Numbered from the whole stretch's first letter, positions 28,657 to 41,689 are shown. The stretch is 62,788 nt of DNA, filler included, from Octopus bimaculoides (GCF_001194135.2; 7 parts of 4 records of this genome joined end to end with filler, not necessarily neighbours in it), one strand, 5' to 3'. Notes: generated by a model from the sequence alone, not told the origin. Made by a program: numbers and translations.

Positions 28657-29054
28657 ATATACATATATATATATATACATATATATATACATATATATAT
28701 ACATATATATATACACATACATATATATACACTTTTATACAGATACATATCTAATAAACTAATTACCTATCAATTAATCTATCTAACTCTATGCAGATAA
28801 TATTTATGTATGTGAGTGCATGTGCACGCATGCGTGCGCATGTGTGTGTATACACAATTATACGCATGCATATACACATACATGTGCACACATCGATGAT
28901 TGTATTTTTCACACTGGTGTGAAATGTAATTAAGCGTAAAGAAGTACTCAATACTGTTAGATAGATTGGAATATTAATATTCATTCCGAGATAAGTCGAA
29001 TATTAATATATCTTATCAATATTTATTAATAGTAATTCTCTATTTTCTAATAAT

Positions 29055-29460
29055 TGGTTTCAAAGTTTGGCACAAGACCGGTAATTTCGAGTGTGTGTGT
29101 TGTGTGTGTGTGTGTGGGGGGGGGGGTGATGTCGATTACATTGATCCCAATGCTAAACTTCTACTTATTTTATCAATCCCTGAAAAGGAAGAAAAAGAAA
29201 AGAAAAGAAACGGTAATTAAAACCGGGTGGAATTTGAACTCGGAGAATACACGCTAACGAAGTGCCGCAAACTAAGTTGCTCGGCGTGCTAACGATTTGG
29301 CCAGCTCACCGTCCTGTATATTTTCTTAATACTGGTTTTTAAATTTTAGCATCAGGCCAGCTAGTTCGGGGGAGTGGTCAAGTTTATTACATTTGATCGC
29401 AGTAGTCAAATGGTACTTAATTTATTGAACTACGAAAGGATGAAAAGCAAAGTCACGTGT
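29055..29460 (-). mobile_element. Two adjacent diverged SINE family B copies
   Basis: GGAATTTGAACTC and CGTGCTAACGATTTGGCCAGCTCACC in 29055-29315; second tail fragment 29330-29460. Confidence 0.6.
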
Positions 29461-30846
29461 GCGTATGCTCACAAAAATGTGTGCATACGCACACGTGAGG
29501 TTTGGTGCATTCATGTTTACAAAGCGATTTAACTATGTACTTGGTTTTTGTAAGAATGGGGAGGTTAAAAGTAAACTTAAGTTATCCATATATTAAAGTA
29601 AATTAAATTATGTTAACGGTTACTCAAAATTCATTCCAACTACATTGGGTGAAAGTACATTTATATGCGTGTATGCACCTCGTGTGTCGTTCAGAAATTC
29701 TATTAAGTATCTTCTCCTTAGTCCACAGAATAGACAGGGATTTTTCTGAGCAGAGACGGCATCCTCTGGAAATTATATTGTATGATTTCGTGTTCCTTAC
29801 TATGGACCAAGTTATGCTGTACTTCATTTTATCCTCCTTCTGTCACCATACAAAATCTGCCAAAGATGTTGAATGTCTCTTATTGATAGTTCTAATGCTG
29901 GCAACATGGTTACGATAACGATTCTTAAATGTATCAGTCGTCTGCCTAATGTACCACACCTTGTTTGCACGGTACATTTATATACAAGATGTGTACTCAT
30001 ACTGCTGTGTAATGGTAAAATTAACAAAATAAAATACTCTATCTGGTGATGGATAAATGTTATTTAATGAATAGTATATATTTTTATGAGCTACTAATTT
30101 TTTTAATGTCTGGTGCTTTCACAAAACCCTCAGGTTATGCCCACATGCCATAATATTCTAAAAGAGGCGATAGGATGAGAGAATAACAAGGAAGGGCGAG
30201 AGGATGTAAATGTAAAAAGTGAAAACGAAAATGAAAATAAAACGCGGTGCAGAATTAGAGTTATGTTCCCTTTGACCGTAAAACCATAAGGCTGAATGGA
30301 TACTGGCCTAGGGTCTGCGGTATACCTGCTCAACCAGGTGAGGGTGGTATTTTCCTATTCACCAAAAAATTTAAAAGATTGTGTGAAGTGAAGGCACCAG
30401 ACGTGTTCAAAAAGGCTGAGATGTTTTCATAGCATGATACTATTGTTAGCTCATAAAAATATATAGTGTTTATTGAATAATACGTACATACATACCAATA
30501 CACGCGCGCGCACATACACACAGTCACACACACACAGACATACACAGAGATCCACACACAGACACACACACAGACAGACAGACACACACACAGACACACA
30601 GACACACAGACACACAAACAGACAAACACACAGACGCNNNNNNNNNNACATATATAGCAGGTCATTAAGAATGAAATGTCTGATTCTCTTATGCACCAAG
30701 TTTGCCAGTCGTTAACTCTAATGTTTTATCCTGACAATTCTTTGTTTTACAATATTGAAGAGTGACATCATCACTTTTCGAAATGCAATTCATGATGTCT
30801 GATTATATTGTGAGTTTTCTCTTGTAAATCAATTTTTGGGAACCCG

Positions 30847-31322
30847 TGGATAGATAAAATATTCGTCCTGTTTATGACTGGGTGCCGCTGTGGAACGAAT
30901 GCATTCCAGACAGCTCGAAACATCAGTGAGGTGTTTGGTGAAGATATGGCGAATGAGCGCACTGTACGTCGATGGTTTGAGAAGTTCCGCTCTATTGACT
31001 TTAATATTGAAAATCAGCCGCATGATTGACCTCAGACCAAGGTGGATAATGATGAGCGGGGAAACTATTGGAAGCAGATACGTCTCAAAGTACGCATGAG
31101 TTAGCAGCAAGGTTTGATGTTTCGATTCCAACTGTATTAGACCATCTGAAACAAATCGGCAAGGTTAGGAAGCTGGACAAGTGGGTACCACACGAACTGA
31201 ACGAGAATCAAATGACACGTTGTCTTGAAATTTGCTATTCTTTACTGTCACGGCATAAAAGCGAACATTTTTGAATCGTATTGTTTGTTACTTGTGATGA
31301 AAAATGGCTTCTTTTCAACAAT
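30847..31322 (+). pseudogene. mariner transposase remnant (HTH region to first catalytic D)
   Basis: TARNISEVFGED..ERTVRRWFEKF..ELAARFDVS..LKQIGKVRKLDKWVPHEL..TCDEKW; stop and frameshifts present. Confidence 0.92.
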
Positions 31323-31912
31323 ATATATGCCTTCTGATAAATATATATACATATACACGCACACAGATGTATCTACGCGAACGCGAACATATAAGGATTT
31401 ATATATATATATATATATATATNNNNNNNNNNNNNNNNNNNNNNNNNNNNNNNNNNNNNNNNNNNNNNNNNNNNNNNNNNNNNNNNNNNNNNNNNNNNNN
31501 NNNNNNNNNNNNNNNNNNNNNNNNNNNNNNNNNNNNNNNNNNNNNNNNNNNNNNNNNNNNNNNNNNNNNNNNNNNNNNNNNNNNNNNNNNNNNNNNNNNN
31601 NNNNNNNNNNNNNNNNNNNNNNNNNNNNNNNNNNNNNNNNNNNNNNNNNNNNNNNNNNNNNNNNNNNNNNNNNNNNNNNNNNNNNNNNNNNNNNNNNNNN
31701 NNNNNNNNNNNNNNNNNNNNNNNNNNNNNNNNNNNNNNNNNNNNNNNNNNNNNNNNNNNNNNNNNNNNNNNNNNNNNNNNNNNNNNNNNNNNNNNNNNNC
31801 ATATATATCAGCTCACACATATGTGTGTATATACACAGACTCACAGGCTCACAGACACAGACACACACATATATATATACACATATGAACACTTACACAA
31901 AAGTATACGTAA

Positions 31913-31972
<60 letters not shown>

Positions 31973-32494
31973 ATGTGTGTGTATGCATACACAAATACAC
32001 CCCCACACACATACACGCATGTATGTGTGAGTGTGTGCTTGAAACGAAAATGAGCTGTGAGAAACAACTCAGAGAGGCTAGTGGCACGTATTTGAAATGG
32101 AAGGACGCGCTAAGAATATATATCTACAGCATACAGTGAATTTCTTGATTTACTGAGAGCTCCGCTTCCAGAAGAGGTAGACTGGTCGCTCAATGGCATT
32201 TGCTGCCAACACTACGCGAGAAGGGCGAGATAACTTTTGGGAATCCAAAATTTTCCAAACATGACAAGCCATTACCTGATTTCCTGTAGATAAGAGAACA
32301 GCTAATATCACATGTTTCTTTATCAATAGGCGTTATCAGCAAAGCATTATTTACGATATCTTATCTCCATAAGAATATTACTCAGAAAAAGAATGCAGTA
32401 ATCCCTCGACTATCGCGGCTGTTATGTTCCACCCCACCCGCGATAAGTGAAAATCCGCGAAGTGGCACTGTGCTGTATTCATTAATTTATTTCA

Positions 32495-32700
32495 GTCCAT
32501 TTGACTGTATCTATGCTGAAGCACCACCTTTACTCGAACAAATCAACCCAGGGACTTATTCTTCGAAAGCCTAGTACTTATTCTATCGGTGTCTTTTGCT
32601 GAACCGCTAAGTTACGGGACGTAAACGCACCAACATAGTGTGTCAAGCGATAGTGGGGGGACAGACACAGACATACAAACACACTCACACATATACTTAC
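32495..32700 (-). mobile_element. SINE family A 3' half
   Basis: Matches the reverse complement of 19930-20140; a Tigger-like end CAGTAATCCCTCGACTATCGCGG lies just upstream (~32397). Confidence 0.8.
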
Positions 32701-32740
32701 TTGGTAATGGATGCGTGGCGTTCAATTAAATAATTATATA

Positions 32741-32791
<51 letters not shown>

Positions 32792-32891
32792 NNNNNNNNN
32801 NNNNNNNNNNNNNNNNNNNNNNNNNNNNNNNNNNNTTAATTAATTAANNNNNNNNNNNNNNNNNNNNNNNNNNNNNNNNNNNNNNNNNNNN
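32792..32891. other. Artificial scaffold-join spacer
   Basis: N44-TTAATTAATTAA-N44. Confidence 0.95.
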
Positions 32892-32935
32892 GAAATTTCG
32901 AACCTGGGTTCTCATTCCTAAGGTATTTTTCGATG

Positions 32936-32991
<56 letters not shown>

Positions 32992-33140
32992 ACATCGAAA
33001 AACACCTTAGGAATGAGAACCCAGGTTCGAAATTTCCCCAAGACACCTGATGAAGGCTGGTGGGTATATCAGCCGAAACGTTGTGTTAACAACAAACAAG
33101 ATGATGATAAATATTCGTCAAATGTAAATAATGTAAATAA
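32892..33140 (+). mobile_element. Family D (Penelope pLTR/retrozyme-like) element with inverted 5' duplication
   Basis: 32892-32940 is the reverse complement of 32990-33035 around an ATT tract; homologous to both arms of 59359-59815. Confidence 0.8.
33042..33087 (+). ncRNA. Minimal type I hammerhead ribozyme (PLE type)
   Basis: GACAC-CTGATGA-A-GGCTG-gtgggtatat-CAGCC-GAA-ACGT-T-GTGTT: stem I 5 bp, stem II 5 bp, palindromic ACGU stem III, GUU site (cleavage after 33082). Confidence 0.8.
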
Positions 33141-33499
33141 TAAATATTGATTTTCCTTTTCAGAAAGAATAGAGCATGATTTGTGGAAGATTATACTGTT
33201 ATTTCTAGCGACTCCTTGGAGATTCATTGTCTGGAGTATATTCTGGGTGTCTGCTGCTGTGAATACAAAATGTAAGTGGAAGACAGTTTGGAAGAGACAT
33301 AGTTTAATATCAATAATAAACGAACTGAAATCCCGATAGTAAAACACTAACATGTGACTTGACATCCCCCATCCCCACACATATACCCTCTCTCTCTCAC
33401 ACACACACCCTCCACCTCTCTCTATCACTTCTATATTCTCATTCTTCAAAATCTATTTCCCTCTCTTCCTCTCTCTGTCTCTCTTTCGCAGGTCTGGGA

Positions 33500-34115
33500 T
33501 GAAGTGATGTCTTGACTTGCGCCTAAAATGGATTAAAGTAAGGGAGGGTTGTGTATCATCATCTACTCCAGTCTCTCGTCCCTTCCAGTCTGATTCCAGT
33601 GGCTGGACGAAGTCAAGATAACTAGAATTAAGTCGAGATGCAGTGAATGGGCAAAGTGTCCTTCTTTGTCTCATTGTGCCCTGTTTGCGACCCACAACAC
33701 TTTCTGGTCCGCCCTCCCCCAACTGAACCAATCCGGTGATTTCCTCCGCACAGTCCGCCGGGTCTAGTCTTCGCTCGCATGCATATGTAGACAAGCCCAA
33801 GCTCACCGATGGTTTGAAACATTTTATCTACCCTCACCATGGTTTAGCCGGTCTGTGGAAGCCGTTGTCCACAGTGTGGCCGCTCTTTCATGCAGACAAC
33901 TTCGAGGATCCACACTTGAGAGCTGGGTGTTAGGCGAGGACCAAAGCGTACGAACTACACCAAAGAGCACTACATATTCCCTATTTATAGATGCTACCCC
34001 AACCAGATGCCCCATGCAGAACCTTCCGAGCTCGCATCGGACTGGTCGACCACAGCCGAACACACCATGCCTCGTCTTCTCCCGCATGTGGTCCTTAGTC
34101 ATCGTCGACAATGAC
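33500..34115 (+). pseudogene. Possible decayed DIRS/Ngaro-like RT-RNase H fragment
   Basis: GC-richer block with weak motif order FQWL..DEVKITRIK..SW..SLFIDA..VIVDN; by-eye resemblance only. Confidence 0.25.
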
Positions 34116-34132
34116 GGAAGAATTAATAATAA

Positions 34133-34332
34133 TCCTTTCCACTAAAGACACAAGGCCTGAAGTTTTGGAGGAGGAGGATAGTCGATTACATCGACTCCAG
34201 TACTGCCACTTAATTTATCGACCACGAAAGGTTGAAAGGCTAAGCGGAATTTGAACTCAGAACGTGCAGACTGACGAAATACTGCTAAGCATTTTGCCCG
34301 GCGTGCTAACGATTCTGCCAGTCCACCTCCTT
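34133..34332 (-). mobile_element. SINE family B
   Basis: Aligns with 5297-5504. Confidence 0.85.
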
Positions 34333-35522
34333 GGAAAAACTAGTAATAATATTGTAGAGGTTTGTGTCAAATTTTCTTTCGGGTTTCTTAAATATATGAA
34401 TATACTGAGGCACACGGTTGGAGAGGCGGATGTTCAAATCGTAGACTTGGCTTAAATGCTAGCCACAAAGTGAGCTACGCTAAAGGTACATAAGAACCGG
34501 GTGGTAATATTAAACTGGGTGCCAANNNNNNNNNNNNNNNNNNNNNNNNNNNNNNNNNNNNNNNNNNNNNNNNNNNNNNNNNNNNNNNNNNNNNNNNNNN
34601 NNNNNNNNNNNNNNNNNNNNNNNNNNNNNNNNNNNNNNNNNNNNNNNNNNNNNNNNNNNNNNNNNNNNNNNNNNNNNNNNNNNNNNNNNNNNNNNNNNNN
34701 NNNNNNNNNNNNNNNNNNNNNNNNNNNNNNNNNNNNNNNNNNNNNNNNNNNNNNNNNNNNNNNNNNNNNNNNNNNNNNNNNNNNNNNNNNNNNNNNNNNN
34801 NNNNNNNNNNNNNNNNNNNNNNNNNNNNNNNNNNNNNNNNNNNNNNNNNNNNNNNNNNNNNNNNNNNNNNNNNNNNNNNNNNNNNNNNNNNNNNNNNNNN
34901 NNNNNNNNNNNNNNNNNNNNNNNNNNNNNNNNNNNNNNNNNNNNNNNNNNNNNNNNNNNNNNNNNNNNNNNNNNNNNNNNNNNNNNNNNNNNNNNNNNNN
35001 NNNNNNNNNNNNNNNNNNNNNNNNNNNNNNNNNNNNNNNNNNNNNNNNNNNNNNNNNNNNNNNNNNNNNNNNNNNNNNNNNNNNNNNNNNNNNNNNNNNN
35101 NNNNNNNNNNNNNNNNNNNNNNNNNNNNNNNNNNNNNNNNNNNNNNNNNNNNNNNNNNNNNNNNNNNNNNNNNNNNNNNNNNNNNNNNNNNNNNNNNNNN
35201 NNNNNNNNNNNNNNNNNNNNNNNNNNNNNNNNNNNNNNNNNNNNNNNNNNNNNNNNNNNNNNNNNNNNNNNNNNNNNNNNNNNNNNNNNNNNNNNNNNNN
35301 NNNNNNNNNNNNNNNNNNNNNNNNNNNNNNNNNNNNNNNNNNNNNNNNNNNNNNNNNNNNNNNNNNNNNNNNNNNNNNNNNNNNNNNNNNNNNNNNNNNN
35401 NNNNNNNNNNNNNNNNNNNNNNNNNNNNNNNNNNNNNNNNNNNNNNNNNNNNNNNNNNNNNNNNNNNNNNNNNNNNNNNNNNNNNNNNNNNNNNNNNNNN
35501 NNNNNNNNNNNNNNNNNNNNNG

Positions 35523-35864
35523 AGCAAATCGACCGCAGGACTTATTCTTTGTAAGCCTAGTACTTATTCTATCGGTCTCTTTTTGCCGAACCGCTAAGTT
35601 ACGGAGACGTAAACACACCAGCATCGGTTGTCAAGCGATGTTGGGGGGGGACAAACACAGACACACAAACATATACACACACATACATATATATACATAT
35701 ATACAACGGGCTTCTTTCAGTTTCCGTCTACCAAATCCACTCACAAGGCTTTGGTCGGCCCGAGGCTATAGTAGAACTCACTTGCCCAAGATGCCACGCA
35801 GTGGGACTGAACCCGGAACCATGTGGTTCGTAAGCAAGCTACTTACCACAGTCACTCCTACGCC
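35523..35864 (-). mobile_element. SINE family A, head intact, tail in gap
   Basis: Reverse complement of 19744-20090. Confidence 0.9.
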
Positions 35865-36732
35865 TTGTTTAATTAACAAAAAACAAACACACCTCAGTTG
35901 CAATCTAACGACCCAGTGGATCTCTCGCAGTCCATTACCATGTACCACCATACTCCTAACCACTTCATCACCCTAACCCTAACCCAAATCCTAATTCTAG
36001 CCTATCTAATCACTAATGAAAATTTCTCAAGCCATCTTATTAGACATTTAAGATTAATGTATATTTTTCATTCATTTATATATCATTAATTTTCCCCATT
36101 TTGTTTTGATATTTTTACTTTTGGTATGTCAACACCATTGGTTTTCTTCAAGAAAAGCTACCACATTTAAATAATTTTATTCAATACAATCAATATTTTT
36201 ACGAAGCACATGCAACTTAAATGAATAGAGTCAAATAACCTGAGGCCTTTTCTCTGTTTTATTTATTATTTCTTTTTCTGTGATCAGATCTATTCACCAG
36301 TTTTCAACTGAAGCCGCCATTTGACTTATCTGAAGGAAGTTGCTTTCGCCTGAAGGGAATTGCATGGACGTCAAAACGTCACAGCTTCTCATTCCACTTG
36401 CACAAAACGTTCGTGACTTTATGTCTACGCTAGGAATCAAATGTTACTAAAATACATGAAACTAAGTAAAACCCTCAGATAAAATTATAAGCTGCAAGTT
36501 GCATTAAAAAAAAATTATTTTTCTTAAAATTCATTGCAGCGGCAACGTCAATAATAATAATAATAATAATAATTTAAAAAACAAAAAGGATTGACGTAAC
36601 TCTTCACGAAGGTAAATAGTCAAGACGAAGAGNNNNNNNNNNNNNNNNNNNNNNNNNNNNNNNNNNNNNNNNNNNNNNNNNNNNNNNNNNNNNNNNNNNN
36701 NNNNNNNNNNNNNNNNNNNNNNNNNNNNNNNN

Positions 36733-37140
36733 TGCGTGCGTGTGTGCCTTTGTGTTTATGTTTGCCCCTCGCCCATCACCGCTTGACAACCGGCGTTGGT
36801 GTGTTTACTTTAAGGCGGTGCTCCAGCATGGCCGCACTCAAATGACTGAAGCAAGTAAAAGAATTGAATAATAAAAGAATATTATGTGTGCGTGTGTGTG
36901 TGTATGCGTGCGTGTATGTGTATGCGTGTGTGTGTGTGTTTGTACTTGTCCCCCATCACTGACTGACAGCCGTTTTACGTCCCTGTACCTTAGCGGTTCG
37001 GCCAAAGTAACCGATATAGTAAGTACCAGGCTTAAAAAAAAAGAGATATAAGTGTTGTATTCGATTCATTTAATTAAAATTTCTTCAAGGCGGTGCCCCA
37101 GTATGGCTTCAATCTAATGATTGAATCAAGTAAGAAATAA
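36733..37140 (+). mobile_element. Two tandem SINE family A 3' fragments
   Basis: AAGGCGGTGCTCCAGCATGGCC (~36821) and AAGGCGGTGCCCCAGTATGGC (~37087). Confidence 0.7.
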
Positions 37141-37409
37141 AAGTAAATATATACACACACACACATAATTAAGATTCAGTTGAATTAGGTATTTAAATTG
37201 AGACACAAACGCATATATACTGATACGGACCGCTGAAAAACAAAATAACGTTATGTCCTTATTCCCCGATCTGGGTTTGAAACCGTATTCTGGTTGTTGA
37301 GAACAATGGTATTTCCTTTGTCCTGTCAACAAGCACGGCTATTTATAGCGTGGAGTGTGATCGCTGACCCTTTCCAGTCATCGAAAGTTTAGAAAAACAA
37401 GTTAGGAAC

Positions 37410-38457
37410 TGTACTAAACTGACCCAGCTTTGGACGGGGTAACGTAGCACTGTTGGCTATGGTATTTGTCATAAATACGGTAGGATAGTTTTGAAGAACG
37501 CAGTTGGTGTAAGCAGTCAGCCAGTGAGGATGGTGTACAGCAGTTGATGTAAAGGCCAGCAGCCAGTGAAGAGCGAGCCGGTGTGAAGGCCAGCGGCCAG
37601 TAGNNNNNNNNNNNNNNNNNNNNNNNNNNNNNNNNNNNNNNNNNNNNNNNNNNNNNNNNNNNNNNNNNNNNNNNNNNNNNNNNNNNNNNNNNNNNNNNNN
37701 NNNNNNNNNNNNNNNNNNNNNNNNNNNNNNNNNNNNNNNNNNNNNNNNNNNNNNNNNNNNNNNNNNNNNNNNNNNNNNTGTAGTAGGCTACGTTAGTCAC
37801 TTCTTGTGGATTGTAGTGGGAAATTTGAATTGGTTACGGTAAAGGTTTGTGTATATTTCTTTAAAGAAAAGTGTACTTGCGTTGTCATATGTTTTTGCAA
37901 AGAACTTTGTTAACTCTTGTTAATTGTGATATTAACTGGTTGAAAAGAAAGAAAAGAAAGAACTTTTTGTTAACTGTGATGTTAACTGGCAGAAAAGAAA
38001 AGAGAGAACTTTGTTGTTACATGTTGTTAAAAGAAAAGAGAAGCAAAAAGAACTTTTGATTGACTTTTGAGACACGAACTTTGATTGTAAACTTTATGAT
38101 TATGTGAAATGATTGTAGACTTCGTAATTGTTCTGAAGCTCTGTCAAATGCTTGGAGACTGTTGTTACATGTGCTATTGTTACATGTGCTTGGAAACGCT
38201 ATTGTTACATGTTATTTCAGAAGCAAGTACTATGTTATGAACTATTGTTATGCTCTGTTTTGTAGTGTGATGTAAAGAAAAAGAAGTTAGTTTCACTACG
38301 CAACGCATGGTCCGTGTTATTTCTTCCTTGTCTGTTGTCGTCGTTACGTGCTCCGGCTGGGCTTAGTCGTGGTGAACATCCTGACTCACTGAGCGTCGAC
38401 GTTCGCGCGCGAGAGTTTTCTCTTCGCTGAGGTGCTTCCGCACGAGCGTTCGTAACA
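37410..38457. mobile_element. Solo-LTR-like segment (contains a gap)
   Basis: TGTA... to ...GTAACA ends; internal subrepeats (GCCAGCAGCCAGTGA, AGAACTTT, TTGTTACATGT); no TSD found. Confidence 0.35.
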
Positions 38458-39349
38458 ATACATATAGAGAGTGATTCCGAAGTGTCTCTATCTTACAAGA
38501 ATGGTCTGGTCTTTTTTATTTTTTTTTATATATTGTGTCAACGCCCCCAGGCGAAGTAGGACCTCCCAAGACATATAAATAGAGGTAGTCTGGCCGTGGT
38601 AAGAGTGTTGAGTAGCAGTTGTGTAGCGGTTGAGTAGCGATCATCCGAAGGTGCTAGATAGCAGTAGTTTCAGACAACAATATAATAATTTGGGCTTAAT
38701 GTTTTAAATATATTGTCTCTTTAATATTTTGCAGTAAATATCAGTTAATTTATTTTTGCTTGCAATAACAGGTTCTTCTGTTCAAACTGTCGTATCTCCA
38801 GCTGCTTCAGATGCCAAGATATCAAAAATTGTCAAAGTGTAGTACAACGGTTTTGCTATGGAATTGTGAAACTATTTTTTCGTTTTCTGAAAAAGCAACG
38901 TTTTGGACTTACGACACTTTTGCATAGTAAAAACGATATATCTACCTATCTATCTATCTTTCTTTCTTTCTTCTTACCTATCTCCCCCTCTCGTTCTGCT
39001 TCCTTCTGTTGTCTTTGCTTCTCACCTTCACTCCTATATCTCTCTCTTACTCTTCCTCCCTGTCTCTCGTCGCTCACCTTTGTTCAACTTCCTCCCTTTT
39101 CCTCTCTCTACCACTCCTCGTTGATCACACGTGACCTGTGGTCACCTCTTCCTTTCTCCCTTCGGCCAGCATAAAGGCAACGCGAACTGCTATCTCCCTC
39201 TAGTCAAGTTCGTCACATCACAGCGTTCAGTATCTCATCTCGTTCGGCTTAACGGCCCTCAACGTTGTTTTCATCGTTTAATTTTTCCTATCTTGGTTTT
39301 TGTTTGCTACTTTGGAATCCTCCGCATAGCAGGTTTAATACGCTTTGCG

Positions 39350-39620
39350 GGAAGAGCTATTCTAAGAGTGCGTTCTGCCTCATCTTCGAAACGCCTAGTT
39401 TAGAATAGAGGCAGCTGATGAAGGAAAAGTTCCATACGTGGCTTGTCTGTTTTCCTGTGTTCTTTCTGTTGTCCGTAAAAAAAGTTCGTTTTTTGTGCTT
39501 TGTTTATGTTCCCGTTCCTTTTTTTGTCCACGTTTTTTTGACGTCCTGTACCCAGATATGCATCTATATATACATGTAGATGTAGGTATGTACATATATG
39601 TATGTATATATGCATATCCT
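39350..39620 (+). mobile_element. Repeat family E copy
   Basis: Shares the hammerhead-like block and GACGTCCTGTACCCAGATATGCAT body with 22.4, 26.7 and 46.9 kb. Confidence 0.8.
39370..39425 (+). ncRNA. Candidate non-circularly permuted hammerhead ribozyme (GUU site)
   Basis: GCGT(39370-73)-T-CTGCCTC-at-CTTC-GAA-ACGC(39391-94)-linker-GAGGCAG(39408-14)-CTGATGA-A-GGA; stem I 7 bp, stem III 4 bp, stem II 3 bp. Confidence 0.65.
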
Positions 39621-39676
39621 CACATATCATTTGTATTATTATTATTATTATTATTATTATATAAATAATATATGTA

Positions 39677-39720
39677 TCCTTCATCAGCTGCCACCATTAT
39701 AACACTGGCATTTCGAAGAC
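39677..39720 (-). mobile_element. Truncated family E hammerhead block
   Basis: CTTC-GAAATGCC-agtgttataatgg-TGGCAG-CTGATGA-AGGA; cleavage-site strand replaced by TG repeat. Confidence 0.7.
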
Positions 39721-39962
39721 ACACACACACATACACACACACACACACACACACCCACACATACATACATACATACATACATACATGCATACATACATAC
39801 ATACATAAAAGTTGATATTAAAGGTTGATATAAGTGAATTCTGATTCCGACGAGATGCGAGAGACATGTTGATACGGCTTTGCTTATGCCTTAAGGTCAA
39901 TATCTTGAATATTTGAATTTAAGACTAACCATTAGTAATCTACTGAGACTTTTATTCAAATA

Positions 39963-41286
39963 CTAGTAGAAATACCCGGCTTTGCCCGGGTTAAAGAGAA
40001 TAATGAAATCTAAAAACGCCGTCTAGACTACGCAGCCCTCAACTGTTAGTAGCTACGATACCATATTTCTACATTAATAACTCTCCAATCCATGCCAGCA
40101 TGGAACATAGACATTAAGTGGAATGCCAGTCTCTCATCTAGGAGGGCCTTGAAATCAATGTTACCAACTGGGGACTATGTGTGTCGTAGTGATAATAAAA
40201 AGACCCAAAGGAGGTCTGCAACGAAATAATTTTACTCAACACTTTGCAAGTGAATCAGTGGAGNNNNNNNNNNNNNNNNNNNNNNNNNNNNNNNNNNNNN
40301 NNNNNNNNNNNNNNNNNNNNNNNNNNNNNNNNNNNNNNNNNNNNNNNNNNNNNNNNNNNNNNNNNNNNNNNNNNNNNNNNNNNNNNNNNNNNNNNNNNNN
40401 NNNNNNNNNNNNNNNNNNNNNNNNNNNNNNNNNNNNNNNNNNNNNNNNNNNNNNNNNNNNNNNNNNNNNNNNNNNNNNNNNNNNNNNNNNNNNNNNNNNN
40501 NNNNNNNNNNNNNNNNNNNNNNNNNNNNNNNNNNNNNNNNNNNNNNNNNNNNNNNNNNNNNNNNNNNNNNNNNNNNNNNNNNNNNNNNNNNNNNNNNNNN
40601 NNNNNNNNNNNNNNNNNNNNNNNNNNNNNNNNNNNNNNNNNNNNNNNNNNNNNNNNNNNNNNNNNNNNNNNNNNNNNNNNNNNNNNNNNNNNNNNNNNNN
40701 NNNNNNNNNNNNNNNNNNNNNNNNNNNNNNNNNNNNNNNNNNNNNNNNNNNNNNNNNNNNNNNNNNNNNNNNNNNNNNNNNNNNNNNNNNNNNNNNNNNN
40801 NNNNNNNNNNNNNNNNNNNNNNNNNNNNNNNNNNNNNNNNNNNNNNNNNNNNNNNNNNNNNNNNNNNNNNNNNNNNNNNNNNNNNNNNNNNNNNNNNNNN
40901 NNNNNNNNNNNNNNNNNNNNNNNNNNNNNNNNNNNNNNNNNNNNNNNNNNNNNNNNNNNNNNNNNNNNNNNNNNNNNNNNNNNNNNNNNNNNNNNNNNNN
41001 NNNNNNNNNNNNNNNNNNNNNNNNNNNNNNNNNNNNNNNNNNNNNNAATGTAATTGTTTCAGTTAGAATAGTTTCATTTTTAAAGTGAAAGTATTTGACA
41101 TGAGTGTTTTTGTTTCACTTTTGACACGTAATACTTAAATAGTGGAGGAGATATTATGTTGCTGTGGGCTCGAACTCTGCAAGAAGTTAAATCTTTTTTG
41201 ACTAAAACACAACTGGAACCCTAAGTAAGGCATGTGTAAAATTTGAATGAAATTGGTTGCGTAGTTCTCGAGTTTTAGGGATTCAC

Positions 41287-41329
<43 letters not shown>

Positions 41330-41355
41330 CACATTCTCATCTTTATATATATAGA
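39963..41355 (-). mobile_element. Non-autonomous Helitron (middle in gap)
   Basis: Minus strand A|TC start at 41355, CTAG|T end at 39963, CCCGG/CCGGG hairpin 8 nt from the end, internal (GACA)n. Confidence 0.8.
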
Positions 41356-41641
41356 TGGTCGTCGTTATCTCTCAGTTGAGAATTTTACGACGAGTAATGT
41401 ATATGTATGTGTGTGTGTATGTGTGCATGTAATAAATATTTAACCCTTTGTTTAGTATTACCAGCCTGTCAGCGGGGTGGCGGGCCTCAGTCCATACAGT
41501 TCCAATGTATGATGTACGTAAACTGTGTTGTAGACATTGAAATAGGGAAAACTATTACTCTACATATTGAAAAAAATTGTGAACAGTCTTAATCGATTTA
41601 TCGATTTTCAAAGCTTATTGAGTTCTCACCGGCGGTGTTTA

Positions 41642-41689
<48 letters not shown>

